NCBI GenBank assembly: GCA_028704635.1
Contig: JAQWFB010000001.1
Coordinates: 5,541-69,540, forward strand
Direction of reading: 5' to 3'
DNA: 64,000 nt
Origin: Candidatus Shapirobacteria bacterium
GTDB lineage: Bacteria > Patescibacteriota > Microgenomatia > UBA12405
Positions 36,930 to 47,466 of the stretch are shown here, one piece after another. Positions within the stretch are counted from its first letter, which is position 1; each line of letters opens with the position of its first letter. The position numbers and the translations under genes were made by a program. The notes beneath the pieces were generated by a model. It was given only the letters and a program-made list of their open reading frames with translations. It was not told the origin of the DNA and ran no database searches.

Positions 36930-37968
36930 AATAGCTGTTTTTGAAGATAAAGAACTTATTTTCGAATTAAAACTTGATCACACTAAAGATCCAGAATTCC
37001 AAAAAGAATTTAGTAAACCCGGCAATGTTATGGATCAATATAATTATCGTTTCAAATGTGTCGCCCAAGCTCTAAAAGAAAATGATATTATTCAACTCGA
37101 CGCCATTGTTGGTCGCGGCGGAATGCTTCCTCCTGTAACCTCCGGTACTTATTTAATCAATGAGAAAATGATTGACGATTTAAAAAATCGTCCTCAAGCC
37201 AACCATGCCTCAAATCTTGGTGCTCCAATTGCTTTTGAATTAGCCAAAAAATTTAATATTACTCAATCATTCATTGTTGACCCTGTCACCACTGACGAAA
37301 TTGAATTAAAACACAAAGTCACTGGTATACCAGGAATCCAACGTTACGCCGGCTGGCACGCTTTAAACCAGAAGGCTGTATCTCGTAAATATGCCGAATC
37401 TGTAGGTAAAAAATACGAAGATTTAAATTTAATTGTCGCTCACCTTGGTGGTGGTTTTTCTTTTGGCGCCCACAAAAAAGGACGAACCATTAATGTCACC
37501 AATGCTCTTGCTGGTGAAGGTCCAATGAGTCCAGAAAGATCCGGTCAAGTTCCAGCTCAAGGCCTAATCGATTTGTGTTTTTCTGGTAAATACACCAAAG
37601 AAGAGGTTATGAATAAAGTTCTTGGTGGTGGTGGTCTTTTTGCCCATCTTGGCACTAAAGATGTTCAAGAATTAGAGAAAAAATATGACACTTTAAATAA
37701 ACAAGACAAAGATGTTGTTGATGAAATGATCGCTGGAGTTTCTCGATCGGTTTGTTCAATGATTCCTGATTTTGAAGGTGAAGAAATTGATCAAATTATT
37801 TTAACCGGTGGTGTTGCTTATTGGAAACTTTTAACTGATAAAATTAAACAAGACGTTTTTGCCACTAAAATAGGCGTTACTGTCTATCCAGGTGAAAAAG
37901 AACTTGAAGCCCTTCGCGATGCTGCTATCCGAGTTTTAACTGATGAAGAAAACGCCAAAGAATATTAA
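36889..37968 (+). CDS. buk: butyrate kinase (acetokinase family)
   Basis: MKILVINPGSTSTKIAVFED N-terminus and VAHLGGGFS. 359 aa fits Buk rather than AckA. Confidence 0.7.
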   Translation: MKILVINPGSTSTKIAVFEDKELIFELKLDHTKDPEFQKEFSKPGNVMDQYNYRFKCVAQALKENDIIQLDAIVGRGGMLPPVTSGTYLINEKMIDDLKNRPQANHASNLGAPIAFELAKKFNITQSFIVDPVTTDEIELKHKVTGIPGIQRYAGWHALNQKAVSRKYAESVGKKYEDLNLIVAHLGGGFSFGAHKKGRTINVTNALAGEGPMSPERSGQVPAQGLIDLCFSGKYTKEEVMNKVLGGGGLFAHLGTKDVQELEKKYDTLNKQDKDVVDEMIAGVSRSVCSMIPDFEGEEIDQIILTGGVAYWKLLTDKIKQDVFATKIGVTVYPGEKELEALRDAAIRVLTDEENAKEY

Positions 37969-37969
37969 T

Positions 37970-38635
37970 CTACCAGTTTATTGGTTTTTTATCATTAAAA
38001 ATCAAATAGGCATTTGTTTGGGAAAATGGCTTTGATCCAAAAAATCCATTGTAAGCTGAAAAAGGGGAAGGGTGAGTTGATGTAATCACTAAATGTTTTG
38101 ATTGATCAATCACACTTCCTTTCTTTTGGGCATATCCGCCCCACAAAATAAAAACTAAATTTTCTTTTTGATCCGACAAAATTTTTACCACTGCGTCAGT
38201 GAATTGTTCCCAGCCTTTATTTTGATGTGAACCAGCCATATGTGCTTGCACTGTCAAGGTTGCATTTAACATCAATACTCCCTGTTTTGCCCAATTTTCT
38301 AAATTTCCATTTTTATTAATTGTTTTTTGTCCTAAATCGCTTTCTATTTCTTTATAAATATTTACCAAGGATGGAGGAGTTACCACCCCATCATTTACCG
38401 AAAATGCCAATCCATTGGCCTGATTCACACCATGGTATGGATCCTGCCCTAAGATTACCACTTTAACTTCATCAAAAGGTGTTAATTCAAAGGCGTTAAA
38501 AATAAATTTTGCTGGTGGATAAACTGTTGTTTTTTTATATTCCGATTTTACAAATTCCGTTAATTTAGAAAAATACTCCTCACCAAATTCTTTTTGTAAA
38601 ACCTTTTTCCAACTTGGTTCTATTTTTACTTCCAT
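37970..38635 (-). CDS. ung: uracil-DNA glycosylase family 1
   Basis: GQDPYHG, GLAFSV, HPSPFSA motifs. Confidence 0.85.
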   Translation of the reverse strand: MEVKIEPSWKKVLQKEFGEEYFSKLTEFVKSEYKKTTVYPPAKFIFNAFELTPFDEVKVVILGQDPYHGVNQANGLAFSVNDGVVTPPSLVNIYKEIESDLGQKTINKNGNLENWAKQGVLMLNATLTVQAHMAGSHQNKGWEQFTDAVVKILSDQKENLVFILWGGYAQKKGSVIDQSKHLVITSTHPSPFSAYNGFFGSKPFSQTNAYLIFNDKKPINW

Positions 38636-38667
38636 AAATACATATTATACTCAAAAATAAATATTCA

Positions 38668-39306
38668 TTGGATTGTTATAATAAAACAATCATGACAATT
38701 ATTTATTTAATTCTGTTTTTTATAATCGGTTATTTTGTTGGCAGTATTCCATTCGGCTATTTAATCGGAAAAGTTAAAAATATTGATATCCGTCAATCTG
38801 GCAGCGGCAACATTGGCGCCACCAATGTTTATCGTAAATTAGGATTATGCCCAGCAATTTTGGCTGGTTCTCTTGATTTTTTCAAAGCTTATTTTATTAT
38901 TTTACTATTTTTTTCATTCAATAATATTCCTTTAACTTTAAAATTAATTTTATCGATTTCGCCAATCATTGGACACATTTTTCCTATTTGGTTTAAATTC
39001 CAGGGAGGAAAAGGAGTCGCTTCAACTTTCGGACTTCTTACCGCTATTTTTGGCTGGAAGTTTATCATTTTATGGCTTATTGTTTGGATAATTCTATTAT
39101 TAATCACTCACCTTATGAGTTTAATTAATTTATCCATGTCTTTAGCGCTACCAATTATTCTTTGTTTACATTTTCAAACCATACCTGCTTTAATTTTCGG
39201 AATATGTCTTACTTCTACTATTTGGTGGACACATAGACAAAACATTAAAAGATTATTAAAAGGAAATGAAAACAAGATATACTTTTATAAGTTAAATAAA
39301 AAATGA
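38668..39306 (+). CDS. plsY: glycerol-3-phosphate acyltransferase PlsY
   Basis: GSGNIGATNVYR signature, multi-TM. Confidence 0.8.
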   Translation: MDCYNKTIMTIIYLILFFIIGYFVGSIPFGYLIGKVKNIDIRQSGSGNIGATNVYRKLGLCPAILAGSLDFFKAYFIILLFFSFNNIPLTLKLILSISPIIGHIFPIWFKFQGGKGVASTFGLLTAIFGWKFIILWLIVWIILLLITHLMSLINLSMSLALPIILCLHFQTIPALIFGICLTSTIWWTHRQNIKRLLKGNENKIYFYKLNKK

Positions 39307-39956
39307 ACGATTTTTGCACCAACATTATTAATAACCTTAGTTTTACTCAATCACCATGGATTAATGCCTTAAGTCTTTTTTTAGTAGGCTTCCTTCTGTC
39401 AATATGGATTAAAAGTATTTTCCTTTCATTTCTAAAGAAGATTCAATTTAATACTGCTTTAGAACGAATTGGTTTTAATGAATTTGTCCATAATATCGAT
39501 CAAAAAATTCAAATAGAAAAATTTATCGGTTTTCTCATCCAATTTTTTCTTATATTAGTTTTTCTTATGTTTTCTTTTGAAATACTTCAACTTCATACAT
39601 CTTTTAATCTTTTAGACAAAATCATTTCTTATTATCCTAACATTCTCATTTCCATAATTATTTTTATTATTGCCATTTATGCTATCGATTTTTCCCAAAA
39701 AATTGTTATTGGTACCAAAACATCAAAAAAAATAACTTATTCCCGATCATTTGCTAAAATAATCGATTTGTCTATTAGAGTTTTAACAATCCTCGCCATA
39801 CTTTATCAACTGCAAATTATTCCTCAGCTTATTATCATTATCTTTATTGGTATTGTTCTTACTATTAGTCTTTCTGTCGGTACTTCTTTTGGTCTAGCAG
39901 CTAAAAAACCCATGGCTCGTATCGTTAAAAAGCTTGGTAGTATTTTTAAGTTTTAA
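39303..39956 (+). CDS. hypothetical multi-TM membrane protein
   Basis: Hydrophobic helices only. Confidence 0.3.
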   Translation: MNDFCTNIINNLSFTQSPWINALSLFLVGFLLSIWIKSIFLSFLKKIQFNTALERIGFNEFVHNIDQKIQIEKFIGFLIQFFLILVFLMFSFEILQLHTSFNLLDKIISYYPNILISIIIFIIAIYAIDFSQKIVIGTKTSKKITYSRSFAKIIDLSIRVLTILAILYQLQIIPQLIIIIFIGIVLTISLSVGTSFGLAAKKPMARIVKKLGSIFKF

Positions 39957-39967
39957 CGATAAAATTC

Positions 39968-41749
39968 ATGAATCACCAAACTATTCAAAAAATGTTGATT
40001 GGTGCCTATCAAAAGGTCTCTAATAAAAAAGAAGCTATCAATGCTATTAATATTTTCCCCGTACCAGACCAAGATACTGGTGATAATTTAGCCTTTACTT
40101 TGCAAGGTATTTTTGACGCCACCAACAAAAAAACCTTCATTAATATGATCGATTTAAAAAACGCCGCCATTGATGGCGCTATTTGTAATGCTTCGGGAAA
40201 TGTTGGCATTATAACCACTGGTTTTTTAAATGGATTTTTGTCCAATTTATCAGATAACATTTCTACCGCAAATTTTGTTCAAGCTTTTAATTTTGGACTA
40301 TCTTCGGCTTATAATTCTATCCAAAACCCAAAAGAAGGAACCATTTTAGATGTCATCAAAGGTGCAAACGACAGTCTTTCTCAAGAAATAGATTCGTCTG
40401 ATATTAAAAAAATATTAAAAAATACCATTGTTTCCGCAAAAAAAGCCTTAGATGATACTCAATTAAAAATGGAGCTTTATAAACGAGCTGGAACTGTAGA
40501 CGCTGGTGGATACGGATTTCTCCTTATCCTTGAAGGATTCCTCGAAAGTTTAAATAAAAAAACAAATTATCACGACACCGATAAAAAACCCGTCATCCAA
40601 ACTGGCAGTTTTTTTCAAATTATTTCCCACCGCTACGAAGTCATTTCATTATTAGAATCTCTAACTACCAACAAAAAAACAATCATTAAGCAACTAATCA
40701 ATTATGGTGATTGTCTTGATATTATCGAAGCCAATCAAAAAATAAAAATTCATATTCACACCGATACACCGGACAATGTCGTTGAATTAATTTCCACCTT
40801 TGGGTCAGTAGTTCACATGCGAACCACTGATATGACTCAACAAATAGATCAAATAAAAAATTCCAAAAAATCGGTTGGTTTGGTTGTAGATGACGCTTCT
40901 GGCTTAGATATCGATTTTGCAATTAAACACGATATAGTTTTTGTTCCTTTTAAAACATCTTGGGAAAAAGTAGACAAAAAATCTTCTTATAAAAATCTCT
41001 CTATTTACCAAAAAATGGAACTTTTTAAAGATAAAACTGAAGAATATGGTTGGCCTAAAACTTCACAACCAACATTACAAAGTTTTTACAATAGTTTTAA
41101 AGAACAATTACAAAAATATAATTATGTTATTTGTATTACTGCCTCAACCGTTATTTCCGGTTCATACAATTCCGCAATTCAAGCTCGTTCATTATTATCG
41201 AATGAAGATCAAAAAAGAATCATTATTCCTGATTTAAAACAATTTGGACCTGGTCAATCATTATTAACCATAAAAGCTGTTAAGTTAATTGAACAAGAAT
41301 ATACTTATAAACAAATTGAAAAACAATTAATGTCTTTTACAAAAAATATTGACACTTTTGGTACTCCAAAAAATATAATTTGGATTACTACTGGAGGAAG
41401 AGTTAATGGAACAATCGCCAAAATAGCTCATTTTTTTCAAAAAATAAAAATTAGACCAATGTTTTTATTAACCACTAAAACTATTTCTCTCAAAAAAATA
41501 TACTTTGGAGACAAACCTTTATCAACCTTATTTGTTCACTATCTTAATCAAAAATATTATTCATCAAACGGCCCATTAAAATTAGTTATTCAACATGGTG
41601 ATGATGATTTGGAATTAAAAAAAATTAAGCAGATGCTCGACCCAAATCGTTTTAAAATTATTCAAGAAACAATTTTGTCACCAGTTATTGGTATTCACAC
41701 TGGCCCTGGCACTTTTATTATTGGAATACTAAAACCATCTAAAAAATGA
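39968..41749 (+). CDS. fakA: fatty acid kinase FakA / YloV-like (DAK2 domain + DegV-like domain)
   Basis: N-terminal DAK2 PDQDTGDNLAFT. C-terminal DegV-like VVDDASGLDIDFAIKHDIVFVPF. 593 aa. Confidence 0.6.
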   Translation: MNHQTIQKMLIGAYQKVSNKKEAINAINIFPVPDQDTGDNLAFTLQGIFDATNKKTFINMIDLKNAAIDGAICNASGNVGIITTGFLNGFLSNLSDNISTANFVQAFNFGLSSAYNSIQNPKEGTILDVIKGANDSLSQEIDSSDIKKILKNTIVSAKKALDDTQLKMELYKRAGTVDAGGYGFLLILEGFLESLNKKTNYHDTDKKPVIQTGSFFQIISHRYEVISLLESLTTNKKTIIKQLINYGDCLDIIEANQKIKIHIHTDTPDNVVELISTFGSVVHMRTTDMTQQIDQIKNSKKSVGLVVDDASGLDIDFAIKHDIVFVPFKTSWEKVDKKSSYKNLSIYQKMELFKDKTEEYGWPKTSQPTLQSFYNSFKEQLQKYNYVICITASTVISGSYNSAIQARSLLSNEDQKRIIIPDLKQFGPGQSLLTIKAVKLIEQEYTYKQIEKQLMSFTKNIDTFGTPKNIIWITTGGRVNGTIAKIAHFFQKIKIRPMFLLTTKTISLKKIYFGDKPLSTLFVHYLNQKYYSSNGPLKLVIQHGDDDLELKKIKQMLDPNRFKIIQETILSPVIGIHTGPGTFIIGILKPSKK

Positions 41750-42396
41750 ATTATCTTCAAATTTGTTTAATCGCCTATCTTTTTGGTAGTTTTCCAACTG
41801 CCTTAATTATTGTCAAATTGTTCGCTAAAAAAGATGTTCGATCAGAAGAATCCGGCAATATGGGAGCCATGAATACCTTACGAATGGTCAAAAAAAACAA
41901 AGGATTAACACTGGCCATTATCGCTTTTCTTATAGTCTGGTTAACCGACTGCGCCAAAGCAATTTTTGCAATAATAATCACCCAATATTTAATACCAAAT
42001 TCAGTTTTAGTTATCACCTTGGCTTCATTTTTTGTTGTTTTAGGACATAATTATCCAATCTGGCTCAAAGGTAAAGGCGGCAGGGGAGCCTCATCTTTAA
42101 TGGGAATTTTAATGTATTTAAATTGGCCAGTTTTTTTTTATTGGCTCATCACTGTTTTTCTTGGGTCAGTTATTACTGAACTAATTATCAGAATTATAAA
42201 AAAACAATCTTTCGTTTTTAAAACTATTTTTAAGGCCATTTCTGACCAAATAGCCGGCCGACTCATAGGTGAGATTTTAGCCGTTTTTATGGTTTATTTT
42301 GTTGATCGTCAACTATTTTATCCAGTTTTATTTACCACTATTTTAATTATCTATCGACACAAAGATCGTCTAATTAAACAATTGATCCAAAATTAA
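41746..42396 (+). CDS. PlsY-like acyltransferase paralog
   Basis: SEESGNMGAMNTLR (degenerate GSGNxGATN) and GHNYPIWLKGKGG. Confidence 0.55.
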   Translation: MNYLQICLIAYLFGSFPTALIIVKLFAKKDVRSEESGNMGAMNTLRMVKKNKGLTLAIIAFLIVWLTDCAKAIFAIIITQYLIPNSVLVITLASFFVVLGHNYPIWLKGKGGRGASSLMGILMYLNWPVFFYWLITVFLGSVITELIIRIIKKQSFVFKTIFKAISDQIAGRLIGEILAVFMVYFVDRQLFYPVLFTTILIIYRHKDRLIKQLIQN

Positions 42397-42461
42397 CAAA
42401 AAAAAAGGCTGTAGATTTTATAAACACATTTCTGTGCAAAATCTACAGCCTTAAAGTACCC

Positions 42462-43076
42462 TTACTCTGATTTTTTTGAAATATTTTTTTTATTTATAAA
42501 AAGATTACGATAGCCAATTAAACCAATAATAGCAATCGCAGTAGAGGTATACATGACCAATTGTCCTGGAATTAATAACCAGTTAACACCACTAGCTGAA
42601 ATAAAAAGCATTATTAATCCGACATATTGAGAAAAAGTTTTTGCTTTACCCCAATTACTAGCAGATACTACCTCATTATTTTTATCTTTGATAAGTAATC
42701 GGATAAAATCCACTAAAAACTCTCTAGAAAAAACAATCCAAAGTACCCAAAAAGTTAACAAACCAGACTCATTTGCTATCAATAATCCTGCGACCATTGT
42801 CAATTTGTCAGCTATTGGATCAAATGTAGCCCCAAAATCCGTCACCTGTTTTAAATAACGAGCAATTGGACCATCTAATAAATCTGTTAATCCAGACAAA
42901 AAATAAATTGCAGCAACTAACCACCATGCATCCTGTATTTTCCACGCCACTACAGTAGATACTAAAAAAAATGGAATTAAAAAGATACGAGAAACCGTCA
43001 ACTTATTGGCAATATTCAACCCCTTTTCCTCCTCACTAATTTTAAAAATATTCAGATTATCAAAGAACTGTATCAA
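42462..43076 (-). CDS. pgsA: CDP-alcohol phosphatidyltransferase (PgsA-like)
   Basis: DLLDGPIARYLKQVTDFGATFDPIADKL signature. Confidence 0.75.
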   Translation of the reverse strand: MIQFFDNLNIFKISEEEKGLNIANKLTVSRIFLIPFFLVSTVVAWKIQDAWWLVAAIYFLSGLTDLLDGPIARYLKQVTDFGATFDPIADKLTMVAGLLIANESGLLTFWVLWIVFSREFLVDFIRLLIKDKNNEVVSASNWGKAKTFSQYVGLIMLFISASGVNWLLIPGQLVMYTSTAIAIIGLIGYRNLFINKKNISKKSE

Positions 43077-43205
43077 TTAGATCTAGTGCGATACTAGTAA
43101 ATCAATATAGTAGGCAATTTTAACACAGCAAAAAAAATACCCCCACTTTAAAACTTAGATTTATACCATAATGGTATAAAAATGTTTCTCAGTTAAGGGG
43201 GTTTA

Positions 43206-43589
43206 TTAATCTTGTCGCTTCGAATTTATCTTAGGAATATGTACCCACCCAAACGCAATACTCATCAATAATCCAATCCAAAAAAATGAGAAGTTGATAG
43301 TAAACCAATGAGTTAGGCTTGAAGTAGCCCAAAGAATAATCCAACCTTGGATAAACATCATTATTGGTAGTGTTAAACATCCTATAAAACAGGTAGTAAA
43401 TATGAAAGTTAAATATAACCAATCAAAGATTACCTCCACCAACCAAGCAACAAGTGCTGTCATTATAAATACTTGCCAAAGAGAAATTTCCACATTAAAA
43501 CTAATCCAACCAAGCGAAGAAAAAACCCACAACCAACCTGCATTAATGAATAAATTACCAATAACCCGAAGTACTCTTGCAATTTCCAT
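43206..43589 (-). CDS. small multi-TM membrane protein (hypothetical)
   Basis: Hydrophobic helices. Confidence 0.3.
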   Translation of the reverse strand: MEIARVLRVIGNLFINAGWLWVFSSLGWISFNVEISLWQVFIMTALVAWLVEVIFDWLYLTFIFTTCFIGCLTLPIMMFIQGWIILWATSSLTHWFTINFSFFWIGLLMSIAFGWVHIPKINSKRQD

Positions 43590-43772
43590 TTCACTCTTCC
43601 TTTCAAATTTGATTTTTGTGTGATTAATGTGCGAGAAACAATAAATAAATCAATAAATTTAGAATAACTTTTTATCCGATTTATCGATCTTTATTAGGTG
43701 AAAATATATCAAAATGTATACACTTTATCAAAATCACACAACATAAAAGCTTTTAATTTAGAATTATTTTTG

Positions 43773-43845
43773 TGACTCCAGTGGGAGTCGAACCCACGAT
43801 TGCCTGGATGAAAACCAGGAGTCCTAACCACTAGACGATGGAGCC
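43773..43845 (-). tRNA. tRNA-Glu (anticodon UUC)
   Basis: Reverse complement gives GGCTCCA acceptor, anticodon loop TTTTCAT, T-loop TTCGACT. Confidence 0.8.
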
Positions 43846-43989
43846 ATTTAGTGACAAAGGTATTTTATCAAAACATATCGAGTTTTTCATCAAACAAATT
43901 AATTTCTCCCTTTTTTAAGGCGTTAGTCCCGCTATTGCGGGAGGAGATGTCTGAAGGACAGAGAGGTTTTGTTTTGATAAACTATCCTA

Positions 43990-44610
43990 ATGATTTATAT
44001 CTTCCACGGCGACAACCAACTTGAAAGCCGCCGATCATTCAGTGATTTTTTGGATCAAAACAAAAATATCGACATTCTTCGCTTAGATTCCAAAAACATT
44101 ACTGTAGATCAAGTAAATCTTTTTCTCCAAGAATCATCCCTTTTTAATAGTAAAAAAATACTAAGCATAAGCAATTTATTCTCCACTAATAAATCAATAA
44201 TTGATCAAATCAATAAATTAATTAATCAAATTGAAAATATCGATGTTGTTATTTGGCAAGACAAAACCATAACTCCAACCCAACTTAAAACTTTTAAAAC
44301 TGCCCAAGTTAAAAACTTTCCCCTCGACAACAAGTTATTTTCTTGTCTTAATTCCATTAAACCAAAAAATATCACCAAAGTTATTCCACTTTATCATCAA
44401 GTTATTGATTTTGGTCTTTATGACCTTTTTCTTTATTTTTTGAAAAATAATTTTCGAAAACAATTAACCTCTTATCCAAAATTTGATTTACAAACCACAA
44501 AACGAATTTATCTTCAATTAATTGAATTGGATTTTAAAAACAAAACAGGGGAATTAACCATTCCTAAAGAATTAGCTTTAGAACGCATCTTGGTTAATTT
44601 AACCAAATAA
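43990..44610 (+). CDS. holA: DNA polymerase III delta subunit-like (short)
   Basis: N-terminal IYIFHGDNQLESRR pattern as in HolA. Weak. Confidence 0.3.
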   Translation: MIYIFHGDNQLESRRSFSDFLDQNKNIDILRLDSKNITVDQVNLFLQESSLFNSKKILSISNLFSTNKSIIDQINKLINQIENIDVVIWQDKTITPTQLKTFKTAQVKNFPLDNKLFSCLNSIKPKNITKVIPLYHQVIDFGLYDLFLYFLKNNFRKQLTSYPKFDLQTTKRIYLQLIELDFKNKTGELTIPKELALERILVNLTK

Positions 44611-44631
44611 TTAAAATGTTAAAATCCAAAT

Positions 44632-45048
44632 ATGGATCTAAAAGAATTATTTTACACAAAAAATATTATTAAACCTTGGGGAGAAGAAATAATTTACACT
44701 CCAGAAAATTTAAATTACACTTTTAAACAAATTAAGATAAACAATGGTCACCGTTTATCTCTTCAATCACATACCGAAAAAGTGGAAACATTTGTATTAA
44801 TAGAAGGGGAGGCTGATTTGATTGTTGGACCAGATTTAGATCATTTAGAAACTATTCATATGGAAATTAAAAAAGGTTACAATGTTCCAATTGGAACAAT
44901 TCACCGAATGGCTGGAATCAAAAACGCTATCATTCTAGAAGGCTCCACTCCAGAAACAGGCACCACTATTCGCTACCAAGACGACTACAGTCGCCCCAAT
45001 GAAACCGAAGAAATTAGAAAACAAGACAATCGAGGCTGGAAAGAATAG
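44632..45048 (+). CDS. cupin-domain protein
   Basis: HRLSLQSHTEKVETFVLIEGEADL cupin motifs. Confidence 0.5.
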   Translation: MDLKELFYTKNIIKPWGEEIIYTPENLNYTFKQIKINNGHRLSLQSHTEKVETFVLIEGEADLIVGPDLDHLETIHMEIKKGYNVPIGTIHRMAGIKNAIILEGSTPETGTTIRYQDDYSRPNETEEIRKQDNRGWKE

Positions 45049-45192
45049 TTTGATTTATTTTGATATAGTCAATTTTTACCCTAAAGACAGGTTAATTTAA
45101 AAAAATAGGTTTAGTTAGCAATCAAACGTATTGTCTGCTAATTACATAAACGTCTCTTTCTTTTTATTTAATAAATCTGTATTATTTTATAT

Positions 45193-47466
45193 ATGAAAGA
45201 TCAAGACATTTTATGGTTTAAAGAAATTGGTTTTGACGATGTAAATCTAGTTGGAGGTAAAGGTGCAAATTTAGGTGAAATGTATAATTTAGGAATTCCA
45301 GTTCCTAATGGTTTTGTTGTACCGGTTAATGTTTACTTTCAATTTATCAAAGAAAATAATCTTCAGCCAAAAATAGCCGATATTTTAAAAACAACTGATG
45401 TTGATCAACCAGACCAACTTCTACATGCTTCCAAACAAATAAGATCTATTATTAAAAAAAGCCCTATCAATCATCAAACCGCTGTTAAAATCATGGCGGC
45501 TTATAAAAAGCTTTCTGATTTTGGTGGTTTAAAAGATGTTCCTGTAGCTGTTCGTACTTCAGCTACAGCCGAAGACACCGCCGACGCTTCATTTGCTGGA
45601 CAAGGTGATACTTTTCTAAATGTTACTGGTGAAACCAATGTTCTCCATCGTGTCCGTGATTGCTGGTCCAGTCTTTTCACTCCCAGATCAATTTTTTATC
45701 AAGTCAAAAAACATTACAACCATTTTAAAATTGGTGTCGCTGTTCCTGTTCAAAGATTAATTCAATCTGATATTTCTGGAGTCATGTTTACTGTTAATCC
45801 TGTCACCAATGAAAAAAATCAAATTATTGTCGAAACCATTTGGGGTTTAGGTGAATATATTGTCCAAGGAACCGTTTCTCCTGATCAATATATCATCAAT
45901 AAAAACGATTGGTCTGTTATCTCTGAAAATCATGTTGAACAAAAAACCGAATTAATTCGAGCTGAACATGAAACTAAAGAAATTATTGTCCCTAAATTTA
46001 AACAAAATAAAAACAAAATTAATACTACCATGGCTATTAAAATTGCCAAAATCGGTCAAAAACTCCATGAACATTATGGCAAACCTCAAGATATTGAATT
46101 TGCTATTGATAACAAAGGCAAACTTTTTATTGTCCAAACTCGTCCCATTACTACTGTCGTCTCTAATCAAAAAACCCTCGATATCCAAACCACCAAAATA
46201 ATTCAAAAACCTGACCTTACCGGAGAACAAGCCAGTCCTGGCACTGCCTCTGGCACTATTATCATTATTAAAAGTCCAAAAGAAATTAATAGAGTCAAAA
46301 AAGGTCAAATTTTAGTTACCTCTATGACTACTCCCGATTTTGTCCCAGCTATGAAAATAGTCAGCGGTATTATCACCGACAAAGGCGGACAAACTTCTCA
46401 CGCCGCCATCGTCAGTCGAGAATTAGGAGTTCCTTGTGTTGTCGGCACCAAAATCGCCACTAAATTTTTAAAAGAAGGAGATATTGTCACCTTAAATGGA
46501 ACAACTGGAGAAATTTGGAAAGGAAATTTAATTGATAAAAATGCACCAGTAATTAAAAAACAATCATCAACTGCCAAAACAGCCACTAAAATTTATGTTA
46601 ATTTAGGCGAACCAGACTTGGCCGAAATGATCTCTAAAAGAAACGTCGATGGTATTGGTCTTTTACGAGCCGAATTTATGTTAGCCAACATCGGCATTCA
46701 CCCAAAAAGAATTATAGCCGAAGGTAAGGAAAAAGCATACATCAATAAACTTGCCAAAGAAATGGTTAAATTTTGTAAAAGTTTTAGCCCCAGGCCAGTT
46801 ATTTATCGCGCCACCGATTTTAAAACTAACGAATATCGCTCTTTAAAATGGGGTAAATTATACGAACCAGAAGAACCAAATCCGTTAATGGGTTTTCGTG
46901 GCGCTTCTCGTTATATCAGTTCTCCTGATGTTTTTTATATGGAACTCGAAGCCATCAAACAAGTCAGAACTAAATATGGTTACAAAAATCTCTGGCTAAT
47001 GATTCCTTTTGTTCGCACTCCACAAGAATTGGCTGATGTTAAAAAAATAGTTATCAGTGCTGGACTTTTACGCTCACCCTCTTTTAAATTTTTAATGATG
47101 GCCGAAATTCCCAGCAATGTCATTCTTTTAGATAAATTTATCGATGTTGGTATCGACGGTATTTCCATTGGCAGTAATGATTTAACCATGCTCACTCTTG
47201 GTCTCGATCGCGATAATAATGAAGTCGCTAAAAATTTCAATGAAATGGACCCCGCTGTTCTCTGGTCTTTAAAAAGATTGGTCACTAAATCCAAAAAACG
47301 CGGCATTACCTGTTCAATTTGTGGACAAGCCCCAAGTAATTATCCTGAATTAGTAGAAAAACTAGTTAGATGGGGAGCCACCAGTATTTCTGTTAGTCCC
47401 GATGCTATCGATGCCACCCGCGATGTTGTTGCCTGGGCTGAAAAAAGAAATATTAATAAAAAATAA
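45193..47466 (+). CDS. ppsA: phosphoenolpyruvate synthase (pyruvate, water dikinase)
   Basis: N-terminal GGKGANLGEM, phospho-His domain GGQTSHAAIVSRELGVPCVVG, C-terminal PEP-utilising TIM barrel. Confidence 0.8.
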   Translation: MKDQDILWFKEIGFDDVNLVGGKGANLGEMYNLGIPVPNGFVVPVNVYFQFIKENNLQPKIADILKTTDVDQPDQLLHASKQIRSIIKKSPINHQTAVKIMAAYKKLSDFGGLKDVPVAVRTSATAEDTADASFAGQGDTFLNVTGETNVLHRVRDCWSSLFTPRSIFYQVKKHYNHFKIGVAVPVQRLIQSDISGVMFTVNPVTNEKNQIIVETIWGLGEYIVQGTVSPDQYIINKNDWSVISENHVEQKTELIRAEHETKEIIVPKFKQNKNKINTTMAIKIAKIGQKLHEHYGKPQDIEFAIDNKGKLFIVQTRPITTVVSNQKTLDIQTTKIIQKPDLTGEQASPGTASGTIIIIKSPKEINRVKKGQILVTSMTTPDFVPAMKIVSGIITDKGGQTSHAAIVSRELGVPCVVGTKIATKFLKEGDIVTLNGTTGEIWKGNLIDKNAPVIKKQSSTAKTATKIYVNLGEPDLAEMISKRNVDGIGLLRAEFMLANIGIHPKRIIAEGKEKAYINKLAKEMVKFCKSFSPRPVIYRATDFKTNEYRSLKWGKLYEPEEPNPLMGFRGASRYISSPDVFYMELEAIKQVRTKYGYKNLWLMIPFVRTPQELADVKKIVISAGLLRSPSFKFLMMAEIPSNVILLDKFIDVGIDGISIGSNDLTMLTLGLDRDNNEVAKNFNEMDPAVLWSLKRLVTKSKKRGITCSICGQAPSNYPELVEKLVRWGATSISVSPDAIDATRDVVAWAEKRNINKK

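Noticed and set aside
39968-41749. Alternative call as dihydroxyacetone kinase DhaL/DhaK
   Set aside because: The C-terminal half looks DegV-like (fatty-acid binding) rather than DhaK, and the gene is flanked by plsY genes, which favours FakA/YloV.
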